Assembly (NCBI GenBank): GCA_021432655.1
Contig: MU271341.1
Span: 1-64,000, forward strand
Direction: 5' to 3'
Length of the DNA: 64,000 nucleotides
Source: Atractiella rhizophila
Taxonomy: Eukaryota
The notes under the pieces are model-generated. The model saw nothing but the letters and a program-made list of their open reading frames with translations. It was not told the DNA's origin and ran no database searches. Below, piece after piece: positions 25,201 to 38,222 of this stretch. Numbering within the stretch: position 1 is the stretch's first letter; the number at the start of each line of letters is the position of its first letter. The position numbers and the translations under genes are program-made.

Positions 25201-27271
25201 ACATGGATGATGGCGAGTCGTACAACAATGAGCAGGGACAGTTCGTCTGGCGTCACTTCAACTTTGGACCCGACACAGACAACAAATCCAACCTACTCTT
25301 CCACAATACTGACGGAGGTGGAATTCCTGGGACTTCTCGTTCATTACAAAAGGGAGTCGCAGTCTACGATCCAGACTACAACAACGAGTATGCAAAGGCA
25401 ATGAGGGTCGTCACCGTCGACACTATCGAAGTTTTAGGTCTACCGTCAAAACCGAAATGCCTCAAGTTGTCTGGAAGGGACCAACCTGTCCATTTCGAAT
25501 ATCTCGATGGCTTCAGCTCGTACGCTGGTCCGAAAAAGAGCGGAGTTGGAAGAAGGGCAAGCAAGCTCATAATTAAGGACTTAAAGGCTTCGATTTCTGA
25601 GGAATGGCGCATCGAATTTGTGATGTACGGTGAGGCCTGTCAAGTCCCCCCTGCCCTTCCAGATCGCCAGACTGCTCTTCAATCTCCACTCTGCCCTCCC
25701 AATCACTTCCGCTGTGCGAACACAGGTCACATCCCCGCTTGCATACTCACTTCTCGCGTTGATGATGGCCTATGCGACCCTGAGTGTTGCGACGGCTCCG
25801 ACGAGCGAGATGGGAAAGTATCTTGTCCCAACCGATGCCAAGAGGTCGGCGCAGAGCATCGAAAGAAGCTGGAGGAGGAGAACAGGAAGTTTAGAGTGGG
25901 CGGAAAGGTTCGAGGCGATTACATCAAGTTTGGGCAGAAGGAGAAGGAGACCCTTCAAGGCACTATCGATGCGCTTCAGGCTTCGCTCAGCACTTTGGAG
26001 GTGAAGGAAAAGAAGGCGAAGGCAGAATTGGATAGACTGGAGGCAGAGTCAGCATCGGAGTCGAAGCGGAAGATGGAGTCAAAGCTTTACAAGAGGCTGC
26101 AGGAACATCAAACCGCCATTGCGACTCTGCGTCAACAGAAGGCTGATCTCGAGACCGACCTAGCTGAACTCAGTTCCATTCTGAATGATCTCTCGGTATA
26201 TTGTTCTAACCTTTCGTACTCCTTTTGACTGCCATTGACAGCGCGACTTCAACCCCAATTATCAAGATATGGCGGTCCTCGGTGCCACTCGAGCTTTTAC
26301 TGAATGGAAAGAAAGCAGGGCAGCTCAGTCGGGAGAGGAGGGCATCGAAATCGAAGGAGACGAAGACGAGGACAGCAACGATGCGACAAAGTTTTCTGAC
26401 GATGACCTAGATGCGATTGAGAAGGAAGACCTGCTCGAACTTATCGACAGCCTATCCCCCTCCTCTGAAACACCTAAGCCCGCTCCGGGCGAGCCTAGTG
26501 GTCTGATGGCAACGATTGATGGATGGAAGACATCGGTGTTCAACATTTTAGAGCTTGCAGGAGTGATCTCTCAGGATGAATCATCTTCGTCCCCTGATAC
26601 GAGTGAGAGACCCGAGGTTGCAAAGGCGAGAAAGAGACATTCGGACGCTCAGGCAGAACTGGAAAAGGCGAAGAGGGAAATCGAGGATAAGAAGAAGGAG
26701 GTCGAGAAAAACTTCGGGAGGGAGTGGGAGTTCAAGAAGCTTGATGGCACCTGTCTGGAGAAGGATACCGGAGAGTAGGTGTTTCTTGCTTCTCCCATTT
26801 AAGAGCCACGTCCTCATGGATGGTCATAGGTACACGTATGATGTCTGCCTCTTCCAGGAAGCACATCAAAAGTCGAACAAAGGTCACGGCTCCACGTCAC
26901 TTGGGTTCGTCTCCTTCTCCTTGCTTGTACAACCCACTAATCACGCCAAACCATGAATCAGAAAATTCTCGTCCTGGTCTACAGGGGGCGAATCACCATC
27001 CTCAGACGAATACTACATGAAGCAAGTATATTCCAAAGGCGCGCGCTGCTGGAACGGTCCAGAACGCAGCGTCAAGATCGACCTCGTCTGTGGAACCCAA
27101 AATGCGCTGCTTTCGGTCGTCGAACCGAACAAGTGCGAGTATTTATACAAAGGTCCGTCCTCCCTTCTTTTTTTCTGAGACGTCGTTGAGATGATGGCAA
27201 CAGTCTCTACCCCGGCGGTGTGTTGGCCACGGGCTGATGCGGAGGAGACGAGGCAAAAGGAGGAACTTTGA
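22219..27271 (+). CDS. Fused ER glucosidase II alpha (GH31) plus beta (PRKCSH/Gtb1) polypeptide, ~10 introns, ~1,500 aa
   Basis: Signal peptide then [21 protein letters not shown]31 [10 protein letters not shown] and WTGDN; the same exon continues into [38 protein letters not shown]; coiled coil; MRH domain ([27 protein letters not shown]); ends KEEL*. Confidence 0.9.
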
Positions 27272-27553
27272 ACTCATCCACATACCAGTCTGAGAGTTGT
27301 AGATATCTATCATTCATAAGTAAGGACTCATCCATATCGCATTCAATCTCATTCAAACCTCAACGCTTCGAGTCCTTTGCAACCGTTGGCATCTTGGGAT
27401 TGCAAACAAAAAGATTGGAACGGAGGAAGAGCGGCCATGCACGAACAACACGAAGTATTATAGAAACTCGAAATCGTACAAAGACTCATATCTCCAGTCG
27501 ATCAACATTTACTTTTAAGCCCTCCACACAAACCGCTCACGCTCACTGGCAAT

Positions 27554-28756
27554 CTATTCCTTCTTCTTAACCACCACACCTCCCGTACCGGAACAGCTCC
27601 CCGGTCGTTGCGCCAGCTCTTTGAGAGCCCCAAGCATCGCTTCCCGCGCTTTTTCGGAAAGTAATTCGATGTCTTCGTGCGACGACGTGAAACCCTTGGT
27701 CTCTATTGGCTCCAGGACTGATGCACCACAAGACGGGGGATCAGCGACGGGAAGAGAGTAGGAGATAGGAACGGACCTTTGATATGCGCTTCACCAGGTT
27801 CGAAGAGCGAGTTTTTGAGCTGGAACATGTTCCAATACTAGGCAGAAACAAAGTTTCATGAGCACACTGAAATATGTAAGGAGAAAGGAGTACGTTTTCA
27901 CAAACCACCGGTATTATTGGCACTTGCTGTAACCATCCGCGACCTCAGTTCCTCCCACCACTCGACCAAAGAGGAAGAGAGAACGCACCGCCTGGACAGC
28001 CAAATGGAATGCTCCTTTCTTGAAGGGCAGCAAATCAGGACCTTGAGCATTGCTCCTCGTGCCCTCTACAAAGATGACTGGGCAAGTCTGCATTTCATGC
28101 ATCTCCTTCGCCGCCTTCGCAAACGTCTTGATAGCCTTCTCCCGACTCGCACGCTCGACCAAGATAGCCCGACTGGCCCAAAGGTAGGGGCCGAGGATGG
28201 GGAGCCACAGGAGCTCCTTCTTCGCCATGATGGACGTCCCCCTCTGCATGACCTTTCCGAGGATGAGGACGTCGATCATGCTCTGGTGGTTGAGGATGAT
28301 GACGCAGGGCTTGGATTGGGTCAGACGCTCTTCGTTGTGGATGGTCAGCTTCCAGGAGACGAGGGGCGAGGTGATGGCGTAGAAGGTACGGGCGACGTAG
28401 AGGTTGATGTTGCGTCGTTGGCCGAGGATGGGGAGGACGATGGAGAGGAAGACGCCGAAGAAACTGGTGAATGTCAACGTCGACAAGTACGCCGTCACTC
28501 TGAGCCTGGCGACCACAGCACGCAACGAATGAGCTCTGATACCCTCTCATGGTGAAGTTGATGGGGGAACGCACCAATACCGCATCTTTTGTGAAAACCG
28601 GGCCAAAATCATGACAGGGATTGCCCCAAAGATCCCCTTGAGCAACCGAGTTGACAATCCGGCTCCTGAAGCGCTAGTCAGGGGGAGGGACATGAATACG
28701 CTTGCTGCTGAGTACACAAGGAGGGGGGGCAGGAGGAGGACCACCGTGCGAAACAT
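27554..28756 (-). CDS. SLC1: 1-acyl-sn-glycerol-3-phosphate acyltransferase, multi-exon
   Basis: NHQSMID, FVEGTRS, LLPFKKGAFHLAVQA; C-terminal VKKKE* (KKxx-type ER retrieval). Confidence 0.92.
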
Positions 28757-29685
28757 AGAGTCGTCGTTTTGCTTCTCTACTTGCTCAACGCTTTGGCTTT
28801 CAGCTTGGGTTCGTGTCGGGCCGAAAGAATTCACAGAGTTCGGGTGATTAATGTGTTCGATCAACTTCTACCCGGATCTCTGTCTCTGTATCCATATCTC
28901 AAAGCAGAGGGGAATGTTGGAGATTTGTATGGTTTGTAGCATGAGAACTGACAGGAGGCCAGCCTATTGTCGACTGAAGTGTATTCTTGAAGAGAGAGCA
29001 ATGATGGCCGCAACAACCATAGCCATATTGTAATCGATGATTGTTTTTCAGTAAACTGTCCGTTTGTCTCCAAACCTCTGATCAACTTCTCAGGTCAGGT
29101 TCAGACTGAGAAGGTGTAACACCCAACCAAGAGAAGAGTCGACGGGTGGCGAAACTCAGTCTGAGCATAAGGCGTCACTTCACGCAACATGTTGACAACA
29201 CCTTCTTTCTTCGCTCCGCTTGCCATGCCAACACCAACCAACTTTACCGTAAGCGCCAGACCATGAACTCCCAATCACAATCACTCACTCCAAGGTTGAT
29301 GACCGTGTTCTGAAGGTTGACGTGCTCCAGCACCTGCGCAAACTATGAGCTCCAGGTGCTGCTGATGGTCGATAACGCAATGCAAAGTCTATTGACGGAC
29401 TGGAGCTACAGAAGCAGCAAGGACAGGTTTGGCAGATATCCTCTCGTTTCTCTCTCAACTTACGTAGAGCGTTACTCAATACTCTTCCCTCCTCTTTCCC
29501 GCAATGTTGAACTCACTCATCTCCCCTCCTTAATCCTGAATCGCGAGTCGCGAGCAAACAAACTCACTTCCTCAAACTTGCAACCAGATTCGAACCACAT
29601 GTTAAACAATACATTCATTCCTCAACACCTCCCTCCTTTCTTCACACAACAACCAGGAGGAAATGTGAGGGAAAAGAAGTGACGA

Positions 29686-30091
29686 TCAAGCCTGAACGAC
29701 CTCTCCCGAATTGACCGTCTTTCCCGTCTTCTTGATCTTCTCCAACACTGTCTCATAAGGAGCGCTCGCATTCGCATTGACTATCACTTCCTGTTTCTCG
29801 AGCGAGATGTCGAAGGATTCCACGCCTGCCATCGCCACCGCCATCGCCAACGTCGCCATCGGATTTAGTCAGCGTGTGCCATCTTTCGTTTTGGGGATTG
29901 ATTTGGGGATTGGGGATTGGGAGCGAGTGTGAAGAGCAGATACACACCTTCTGTCTTCTTCAGAACGCGCTCGACGGCCCCTGAGCAGCCGGTGCAGGTC
30001 ATGGTTACGTTGAATTTGTAGGTCTGGTCCCCATGCATCGATCAGTTACTTCAGGTTATTGGTTTGTTAGAAGCAGGCGCACCTGAGACAT
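29686..30091 (-). CDS. ATX1: Copper chaperone (HMA domain), 3 exons; absent from the ORF track
   Basis: Spliced MSQ|TYKFNVTMTCTGCSGAVERVLKKTE|GVESFDISLEKQEVIV...YETVLEKIKKTGKTV; MxCxxC and KTGK motifs. Confidence 0.93.
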
Positions 30092-30342
30092 TCTGATTGT
30101 TTCTTGAGGAGATTTGTGACTCTCTTGATGATTTATATATTGCGTACTGCGAGGACGATGGTTGTCGTAGACGGTCACCTTGTAAGCAAAGCAAAGAGAT
30201 GAACCGATAGGGTAGATGACTCATGGACTTAACTTAGCAACCGCCTTGTCTTTTGCATTGACCATTGAGAATTGTTCCACCATCTCATCAAATCTCACAT
30301 TCTCAGCATTCTCAGCAGGACATATCTGAGGAATAGTCAGAG

Positions 30343-31735
30343 ATGCCATCACTATCAACCACATACACGCTGGCGACAGCCTCCTCCCGCCTGCCATCTC
30401 TCCCGTCCAACCCACGCTCCGGCATCTCTCTTCCCTCGATGCCCTCGATGCCATCCCTTCCCTCTCTCCCCTCCATGTCATCAGACCCCAAACCATCATC
30501 ATCCTCTTCCTCCAGGACAAGGCCGAGCAGATCACGCACCGGATACGCCGACGAAGACGAGGGAGGATACACCCAATGGGCGTCGCGGCACACCTCCTCC
30601 GCCTCCTCGTCCTCCCGCACACGTCCAAAAGATACCTCCACGCTCTCCTCTTCCTCATCATCCACCTCCCGACCGGTGCGTCCACGCTCCAAATCGACGT
30701 CGGATCGCGTGCCGTTGCGGGAGACGAGGACAAAGGAGAGAGAAGAGGAGAGGCCGGCGTTGCCTGAGAATGCGGGGTATTACGAGAAGATGAAAGCGTG
30801 GGCGACGAGTCCGGAGGGTGGAGAGGCGTATGCGGAGAAGGCGGCGGAGGGGTGGAGTTACTTGAAGAAGCGGGTGGTGGGTGAGAGGAATCCTGGTGCG
30901 TTTTCCTCACTGTTTTGCTTGTTATAGGAAGGTGGTTGATGGAGTTCTTTGCGTTGGTGGTGGTGATGATGTAGAGAATGGGGATGAGGAGGAAGGAAAT
31001 GCGACGAGGGGGTATCAAGGAAACGAGAAGGGTGGGAGTAAGATGTGGGACTCGCTCATGACCAACGTCCAACGGACAGTGAAGCGAGCGAAAGACAAAT
31101 ACGTCGACGGTCGCGCCGGTACGTTTCTCCCATCCATTCATCCATCCATACCTTCTCTACATGAACTAAAAAGAAACTGATTTGGGAATGTAGATTCGGA
31201 CGCGTCGGACTACGAAGGCGAGAGCCACCTGACGCGTATCATGAAGGAGCACCACGTCTCAAAAGCGACCAAGACCTCCGACCTCCCCCGCTGGCTCTTC
31301 AGCGACGCTGAGCTTCGAGGGAAGCGGGAGGCTGAGGATGGGGTTCGGGTTGCGAAGGAGCGGAAGGAGAGGGAGGAGAGGGAGAAGGAGTGGGCTGAGA
31401 AGGAGGAGAAGAGGTTGAGGGAGTTGGATGGGAAGAGGAGGAATCGGTCTGCGACCACGAACAGTCAGGCTAGTCAGGGAAGAGCGAATGTGAGGGATAG
31501 GGAGGGAGAGAGGGAGAGGGACGAGTATGATCCGTTTGCGGAGGATAATTATGCGTCGATGAGAGAGGGGAGGAGGGGCGGTGGTGCGCTTAAGGATATA
31601 TTCAATTCGGTATCGGTGGAACAGGGAAGTGGTGGCAGCGAGGTCAGTGTCGATTCGGGATATGCGAGTGTGGGCGGAGGGAGGGGGAGGACGGAAGATA
31701 AGTTGAGGGCGATGAAGAGCCAGAGAAGGAGGTGA
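30343..31735 (+). CDS. Low-complexity hypothetical protein with a possible Mso1-like Sec1-binding segment, 3 exons
   Basis: DYEGESHLTRIMKEHHVSKATKTSDLPRWLF resembles the Mso1 Sec1-binding motif; remainder S/R/E-rich. Confidence 0.5.
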
Positions 31736-32025
31736 AGCTCAGATTTCTTTCGTTTTCTTTTCTTTCTTTTGGGTTCGAGACTGGCATCATGATTCGTCTT
31801 TCGATGTTTTGCAGAGACGTGAGATCTCGAATGGATGGGCACACGCTGGTCGATGCCCCCTTTTAAACTTAGTGAATATTAGTCCAACTCACTATTCCTT
31901 TCTTCATTTGAAGTTGTCGTCTAGTATCACCACACAGTATACCCCCTGCAACTAGCAACCTTGTTGTTGCGCTTTCGTGTTAAAGAGATGGGTTTACATT
32001 TCACATTTAATAATGGGATGACCCT

Positions 32026-33451
32026 TCAATTCCTGGGAAATTTGTACAATGGCCACGTATCGAACCAGTCCAACATGACCTGAGAAGCGACAATAGGCGA
32101 ATTGGAAAGCGTAGCCCACTCGTGTCCCAGTCCAGAGATGTTATAAGCTTGCACGGCCGGAGGCGTTCCTCCCACCTTGCATCCGTTCCACGAGTGGATC
32201 TCCACCACACCGGAGTTGGTTGTGGTCTTCGAAAAGTTGGAGGAGCAGCCAGCGCGGGAGGCATACCCTACACACACCGTGACAAGGAGATTTTCACGTC
32301 AGTCAGTACAAATTACAGCGAGATGGGCATTAGGAGAGAAGATGGGAATGGCAGAACATACCTTGTACCACGGATGTGATGGAAGGAAGGATGATGCCTG
32401 ATTCGGGATGTGGTCCACCATAATACGGTATCCTTGGATCTGCCGTGCCTGTTTCTGCGCATGAGAAGATCTGGAGGCAAACTGGTTGAACAAACCGTGA
32501 ATTTCTAGGAATGGGACTCCGGAAGCAGAAGCGCAATTCGCGGTAGCTCTGGTTGGATTTGAGATGGTTCACATCGATTGTAAGGAAGATCTCACTCGTC
32601 GTAGAAGGCACCGGAAGAGGCAGCGAAGGCACCAAAGATCTTGTTGATCCTATTATCGCATGCGAGCTTGCCCACAAAACTATCAATAACACCATCTGTT
32701 AAGTTTCTTCTGAGAAGGACCTGTAACTCACCCGCCTCCGTTGCTTTGACCCGAAGCGAAGATGTGGTTGGGTCCTATGATCTGATGAATTTGAAGGTCC
32801 AAGGTCCAATGTTTGGAGTAAGAACACCCACCAATGCACAGTTTGGATTGCAAGTACGAGGTGAGCTCGAGGATATAGCCGACATCATCGTTAGATGCAT
32901 TCCCATAGGGAGCGGAGTCCCATGCCTGAAATTTCATTCGTCAATTTTTTGCACGGTATGACAGGTAATAAGCGCACATCGTCTCTCCCCTGCGTTGAGA
33001 CCGCCATTTAGCCTCTTAGAATCTGATCATCAGAAAACCTCACGTGTGGGTATACGCTAATCTATAAGCAACAGTGGATGAGACTGTGAGTGAGAGGAGA
33101 TGACAGGCACTCACCCATCTCGTACTCGTGGGGGCGTAATTGTTGAACTGAGCGACATTGAACTGATTCAATCCCGTTCCTCCCTGTCCGTGGAAAGAGA
33201 AGACGAGCCCGGTTTGCTCCGTCTGCTTGTAATCAGGAGGAATCCAGACGCGATACGTCCTCGTTAGTCCCGCATGATCGAAGTAGTGAACGGTATTGAT
33301 GTCTTGATACGCAAATTCTGATGGCAGCGAGCCGGTGCAAAGTGCTTGAACGGAGAAGGGTAGGAGGAGCGAGAGAGCGGTAGCGGTGAGGGCTGTTATA
33401 TGCGCGCTATGATTTCGTCGAACCGGGAAAGCAAGCAAACTTACCAAACAT
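32026..33451 (-). CDS. Secreted alpha/beta-hydrolase of the CE1 / feruloyl-esterase-like type, multi-exon
   Basis: Signal peptide, RTYRVWIPPDY...LVFSFHGQGG, nucleophile elbow ASGQSNGGG, catalytic-His motif GLGHEW. Confidence 0.8.
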
Positions 33452-34612
33452 ATGCTTTCCTACGCGTTTGAGTAGATACTTAGGACTTAGGGCTAAGTAC
33501 ATAACTGCCGTTGCGACACTTTTTATAACATGCCAAGCTCGGACAGCACCATATGCTTCCGTGGCACCAACGTTTCCCCAACGCTGAAGCACCAGTGCGT
33601 GCGGAGACGCCCAACGGTGCATGTGGATGATCCGGCTTGAGCATCGACGCGTTGAGGATGACAGGAGCTCCACTTGCGACAACACATCAACCCTTTATTG
33701 CACAAATCCTCGTTCGAGAATGAATCCGTCCTATCATCGATACGAGTACGGACGAACATTCGGCCACGAAGTGGCCAAGTGGAGAGGAGACGGCCATGAG
33801 CGTACGGCACACTAACCTGTAACCAGTCATGCAAATATGCATCCTCCTTTGTACACGCGAGTTTCACTTCGGATTCGACACAAATCTTCCATCTCTTCAG
33901 AGTACCACATGACTCTACAAAATGATTATTGATTAATCTAAAGAGTCAGAATCTGTTCGGGTTGATAGTGATGGACGTAATAGTGAATTTGAAGAGGGAA
34001 CACAGCAAATATTGACAGAGTGAAAACATCATGCACTAGATCACATCCTTGGAACTTGTTTTCAAAAATACCTGATTCTTGATTCAAGACGTTCTGGTAT
34101 TGGCATTGGTATTTTTCCCAAGCACTTGGAACACGAGACAAGAACCTTTTATCTACTCTGAGCTCGCATCTTTATTAGCCTGACATATTCAGTGCAACTG
34201 ACATTGGACTAATAGTACTTAGAGATAGTGGAAGCAATGAATCATTGACATGCCAATCATGCACGCGAAAAATGAAGAATATCTCAATATATGCGAGCTA
34301 ACTACCTGACTCCTTTACGTATCTTGAATATTTCAATCCTCCCTGACCGGATACAAGCTGCCTTCCCTGTATCATGTCAGCCTATGCGCTTTGCTCGTGC
34401 TTTAGTGGCGAATAAAGTTAAGGTCAGCTCCAACTTACCACCTGACTTTGACGAAACGACGACTTGCTCATCATTTGAGGAGAGCACAACAAGAAAATTT
34501 CTGAGAGCTTTGTGTACTCTGAGTGATTACGTTTGGTGGAGAAGATTGATCTGAACTTTTCTGTCATTTTCTGAGCGCCAAATTATTTTTTCTTGATTCA
34601 GGATTGTCAAAG

Positions 34613-37600
34613 ATGGAGAAACGGAAAAGAGAGCCTTCCCGTCTCGCGCGCGAGATCGCTGAAGCTCAAGCTGAGGCCAAAAGAGGAGCGAGGTCAGCTC
34701 AGCCTGAGAAGAAGCGGAAGGTCTCCAGACAGACCTCGAAAACGGCCAAACCGAAGCCGAAATCAAGAACCAAGTCAGCGACGAGACAGGCGGACGAGTC
34801 GAATGGATTGGAGTTTGTTGAGAGCAAGGGAGGCTATGATGCTAATGGAACATGGCTGTATTGTATCTGTCTTGGGGAGGAAGATGCCTCTCGGGCAATG
34901 ATACAGTGTGACAGTTGTTTATTGTGGTGGGCATCTCTTTCGGACTGAACGATGGGGGACTCACGAATTGTACAGGCATCATTTGTCTTGTGTCGGGTTT
35001 ACAGAGGAGGAGGCGAAACAAATTGATGATTGGTACTGTGACAAATGCATCGAATCTGGCGCTAAACCAGTCCCAGAAAGTGAGTTCGTCTCTGTTGTGT
35101 GTGGGAAAGGAGGGAGACAGTTTGAGCTGCCAACTTGCTACCTTGTCACCTGTCTGTACAATCTGAGCCTGTGAGAGCGTGACCTATTGCTATCGCTGCA
35201 TGTGAGGACTGTGAGATTTCGAGTGTCATTCAGTTGTGACGACTGCGCCAGCAACACAACCACGCCATGCAACGTCAGGCGAGTTCACCTCCATCGACTA
35301 CAGGCAATGAGGACTAGATCAGGACGGGCAGCAGACAGGGCAGCAAGTACGGCAGCTTGAACGAGGGTGTGGCAGTCGAAGGAACTGCCACCTCCGTTCT
35401 GTCCCAAACGACATGAATAGCTCTGATGTCGCTTGCGTGGGAACAGGTGACAAACGACAGGGAGAAGATGAGCAATGGATTGAACCCTCTCCCATAAGCA
35501 AGGAGTCGAGCGATTTGTCGGACGTGGATTACGACGAAGGAACCGTGGCTCCTGCTCCAACCGCAAACCAAGACAGAACACCTAGCGCTGCACGGAGAAG
35601 CGCGACATCGACTGGGAGACGAAAGAGAAAGCCCGAAGGATTGGAAGATGATGATGATGACGACGACGACGAGGATTTCGAGGACGGCGATGCAACGGTA
35701 GGGCAGAAGAGGAAGAGGAGCCATTCAGGGCAGCTTGAGAAAGTCCGTTTTTCATCCACTCAGGTCCGAAAAGTCATACTAAACGATATCGTCTATTTGC
35801 AGAAGCGAAAAGCGTCTGAAGATGTTCCCACAAGAAAACCTAGCATTTCTCAAACCGCTGGAGCTGTCGGTCTGGTGGAAGAAACGAATAAAGCCAGGGT
35901 TCACGTTTTAAACGAGCTCAAGAAGCTATTGTTGCCTCTCCTTCCGGACGAATTGAAAGCAGAAGACTTTGCTCGTCATTTAGAGACCCAAATTCTCATT
36001 TCGCTCGGGGAGGTCAGCAAGGGTCTGAAAGCGCCTGGTGGTGCATATAAAAATAGATTTTCGCTCCTCAAGAAGCATCTTGAGACCAACGACGATTTCA
36101 AGTCGCGCATCACATCTGGGGAGTTAGATCCTACGACTCTGGCTAACATGCCTGCTGAAGAGATGGACCCTGCACTGAGAGCTTACAAAGAGAAGTTGTA
36201 TGAGCAGTCTCTCAAAGTTACTGTGAAAGAAGCGCTGGCGCAGCCAAAGGTGAAGAGAACACATAAGGGAGAGGAATTGCTCGAGGACTCTTTCCAAGCT
36301 GGTCCTTCATCTATTCCCACGTCCACCGTCCCGTCGAACGATGTTGAACTGGCTATCGAAGCTCCGCCGTCACCTGGTACTCTTCAAAGTCCTCTACTTG
36401 GAACGGAGGAGGCGCAAGATACTGCTCCTCAACTCTTTCGACGAGGAACATCCTCTTTCGCCAAAGCAGGGGACGAACCTACTCAGCCACAACCACTTCG
36501 TCGAGGGTCCTCTTCTACCATCGCTCCTACGGATGAGGCAGAGCATTCCAAGGCGATGGTTACTGACACCGCTACCTTCATGACGACGATTACCGAAGAT
36601 CCCGAAGAGGTTACGCCTGCAGACGCAGATGAAGATGATCCCATTTTGCTCTCTAGAACATCCACCGCCGATCGTCCCAATTTCGATCTCAGTACCGTAT
36701 GGGACTCCATTAAGACCGGCTCCAAACCCTCCATCCAGGAGGAAGTGCAAAGGAGCAGGAGCCCAAGCACTACTCCAGAGTATGATCCTGAGAAGGCTGG
36801 CGAAAAAGATGAGAAATCTGGAGTGGAGGATTTCGACCCATTCGCCCCTATGGAAGGAGTTCAAGGTTACAACGATAAAGATCTAAACTATATTCTCGGA
36901 CAGGACGAACCGATGTCCACCACACCTCCAAACGAGCCTCCGCCACTTCCTGAACCAGACGTCATGAAACTTGACGACCTACCTATCGCGTACAAAGGGG
37001 ATGTGTCAGTTCCAGACGAAACTGACTATCCCTATCAAGCGATTCAAGTAGGTGGACGATATCTAGGTGACAGCAATGCTGTATGGGAGCAGCTCCTTCC
37101 CCGCACCTTTATATCAGAAGGACGCGTTCCTGTACCCGACGCGATGGACTTTTTCTTCAAATGCCTTGATCCGGCCGGCGCCAAAGAACTCTTCGTTACC
37201 GCTTTTCTTCCCGATCAGCTCGCTGCAAATTATCGACAGCGCACAAAAGATGCTCTTGAGAGCTTAAAACATATCGTCGGTTATTTCCAAGGTCGAAAAC
37301 GGGTAGGAGTGATGCTTACACCCAAAACCGACGCGATAAGAAGGCATACAAAGGAAATCTACCTCGTCCCTTTGCTTCCCCAGGATCCTTTACCGAAATT
37401 CCTCGAAAAGATCGAAGGCGATAACATCCTTTCGACGATCGGAAAACGCAGCGAGCCTTTACTTCTCGGCGTAATTGTCGCTGCGAAAGGCGTCTTCAAA
37501 ACGGTGCCCCGTCCTCCGAAACCCATGCCGACTATTACAGGCACTTCGACATTCGATCCCATCGCGATTTCAGAACTCATCAAGAACACGGACTTGAAGG

Positions 37601-38052
37601 CTCTTGCGGAGGCGCTATCTCAACAAGGTGGACCCAGCCTTGACCAACTGATGGTCAACCCTACCCTTCCTCACCAAGGCGCTCCCTTTCCAACCAACTA
37701 CGCAAGTACGAGCGGTCCTTTCGCCAACCCCACTCCAACCCCCCAAAGCCTCATTCAGAACTTGTTCGCTGCCCCAGCACCACAACAACGTAACGATCTG
37801 GACATTGACATACCGCAACCGAAATCGACATATGGTTCGGAAGGGAAGTGGTCTATGTATCCTAGGGATAATGGATGGCCACGGAACGATGACCGTGACC
37901 GCAGGTCGAGATGGGGAAGAGATGATAGGGAAAGAGACAGAGGACGTGGTGGAGGAAGGGATGGCGGTTGGGGAAGAGGGAGGCGCAGCCCAACTCAAGA
38001 TCGCGATGGCTATCGAGAGAGAGGAGAGCGCGGCAGAAGAGGAAGGCGCTGA
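34613..38052 (+). CDS. BYE1: PHD / TFIIS-M-like / SPOC protein (Bye1/PHF3/DIDO family)
   Basis: PHD YCICLGEE...MIQCDSCLLW|HHLSCVG...WYCDKC; ITSGELDPTTLANMPAEEM, KRTHKGEE; SPOC-like IEGRV-type segment (ISEGRVPV) and KEIYLVPL. Confidence 0.8.
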
Positions 38053-38222
38053 GGAGGTGGTTCCCTTTCACATCAGTTTATTCTCGGCTTTATGGCTGTA
38101 TTGTCTATGTTTTGTGACTAAAAATGTATGATTGTTTATCTTTCCATAGGTGCTACAACAGATATTAACAACACTTTGATCGAATTCCCTCAAACCTAGG
38201 TCATGGCAATGACCCCAGTGCC

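Noticed and set aside
30221..31141. 306-aa ORF on the - strand
   Set aside because: Antisense to a low-complexity gene whose + strand splice sites are coherent
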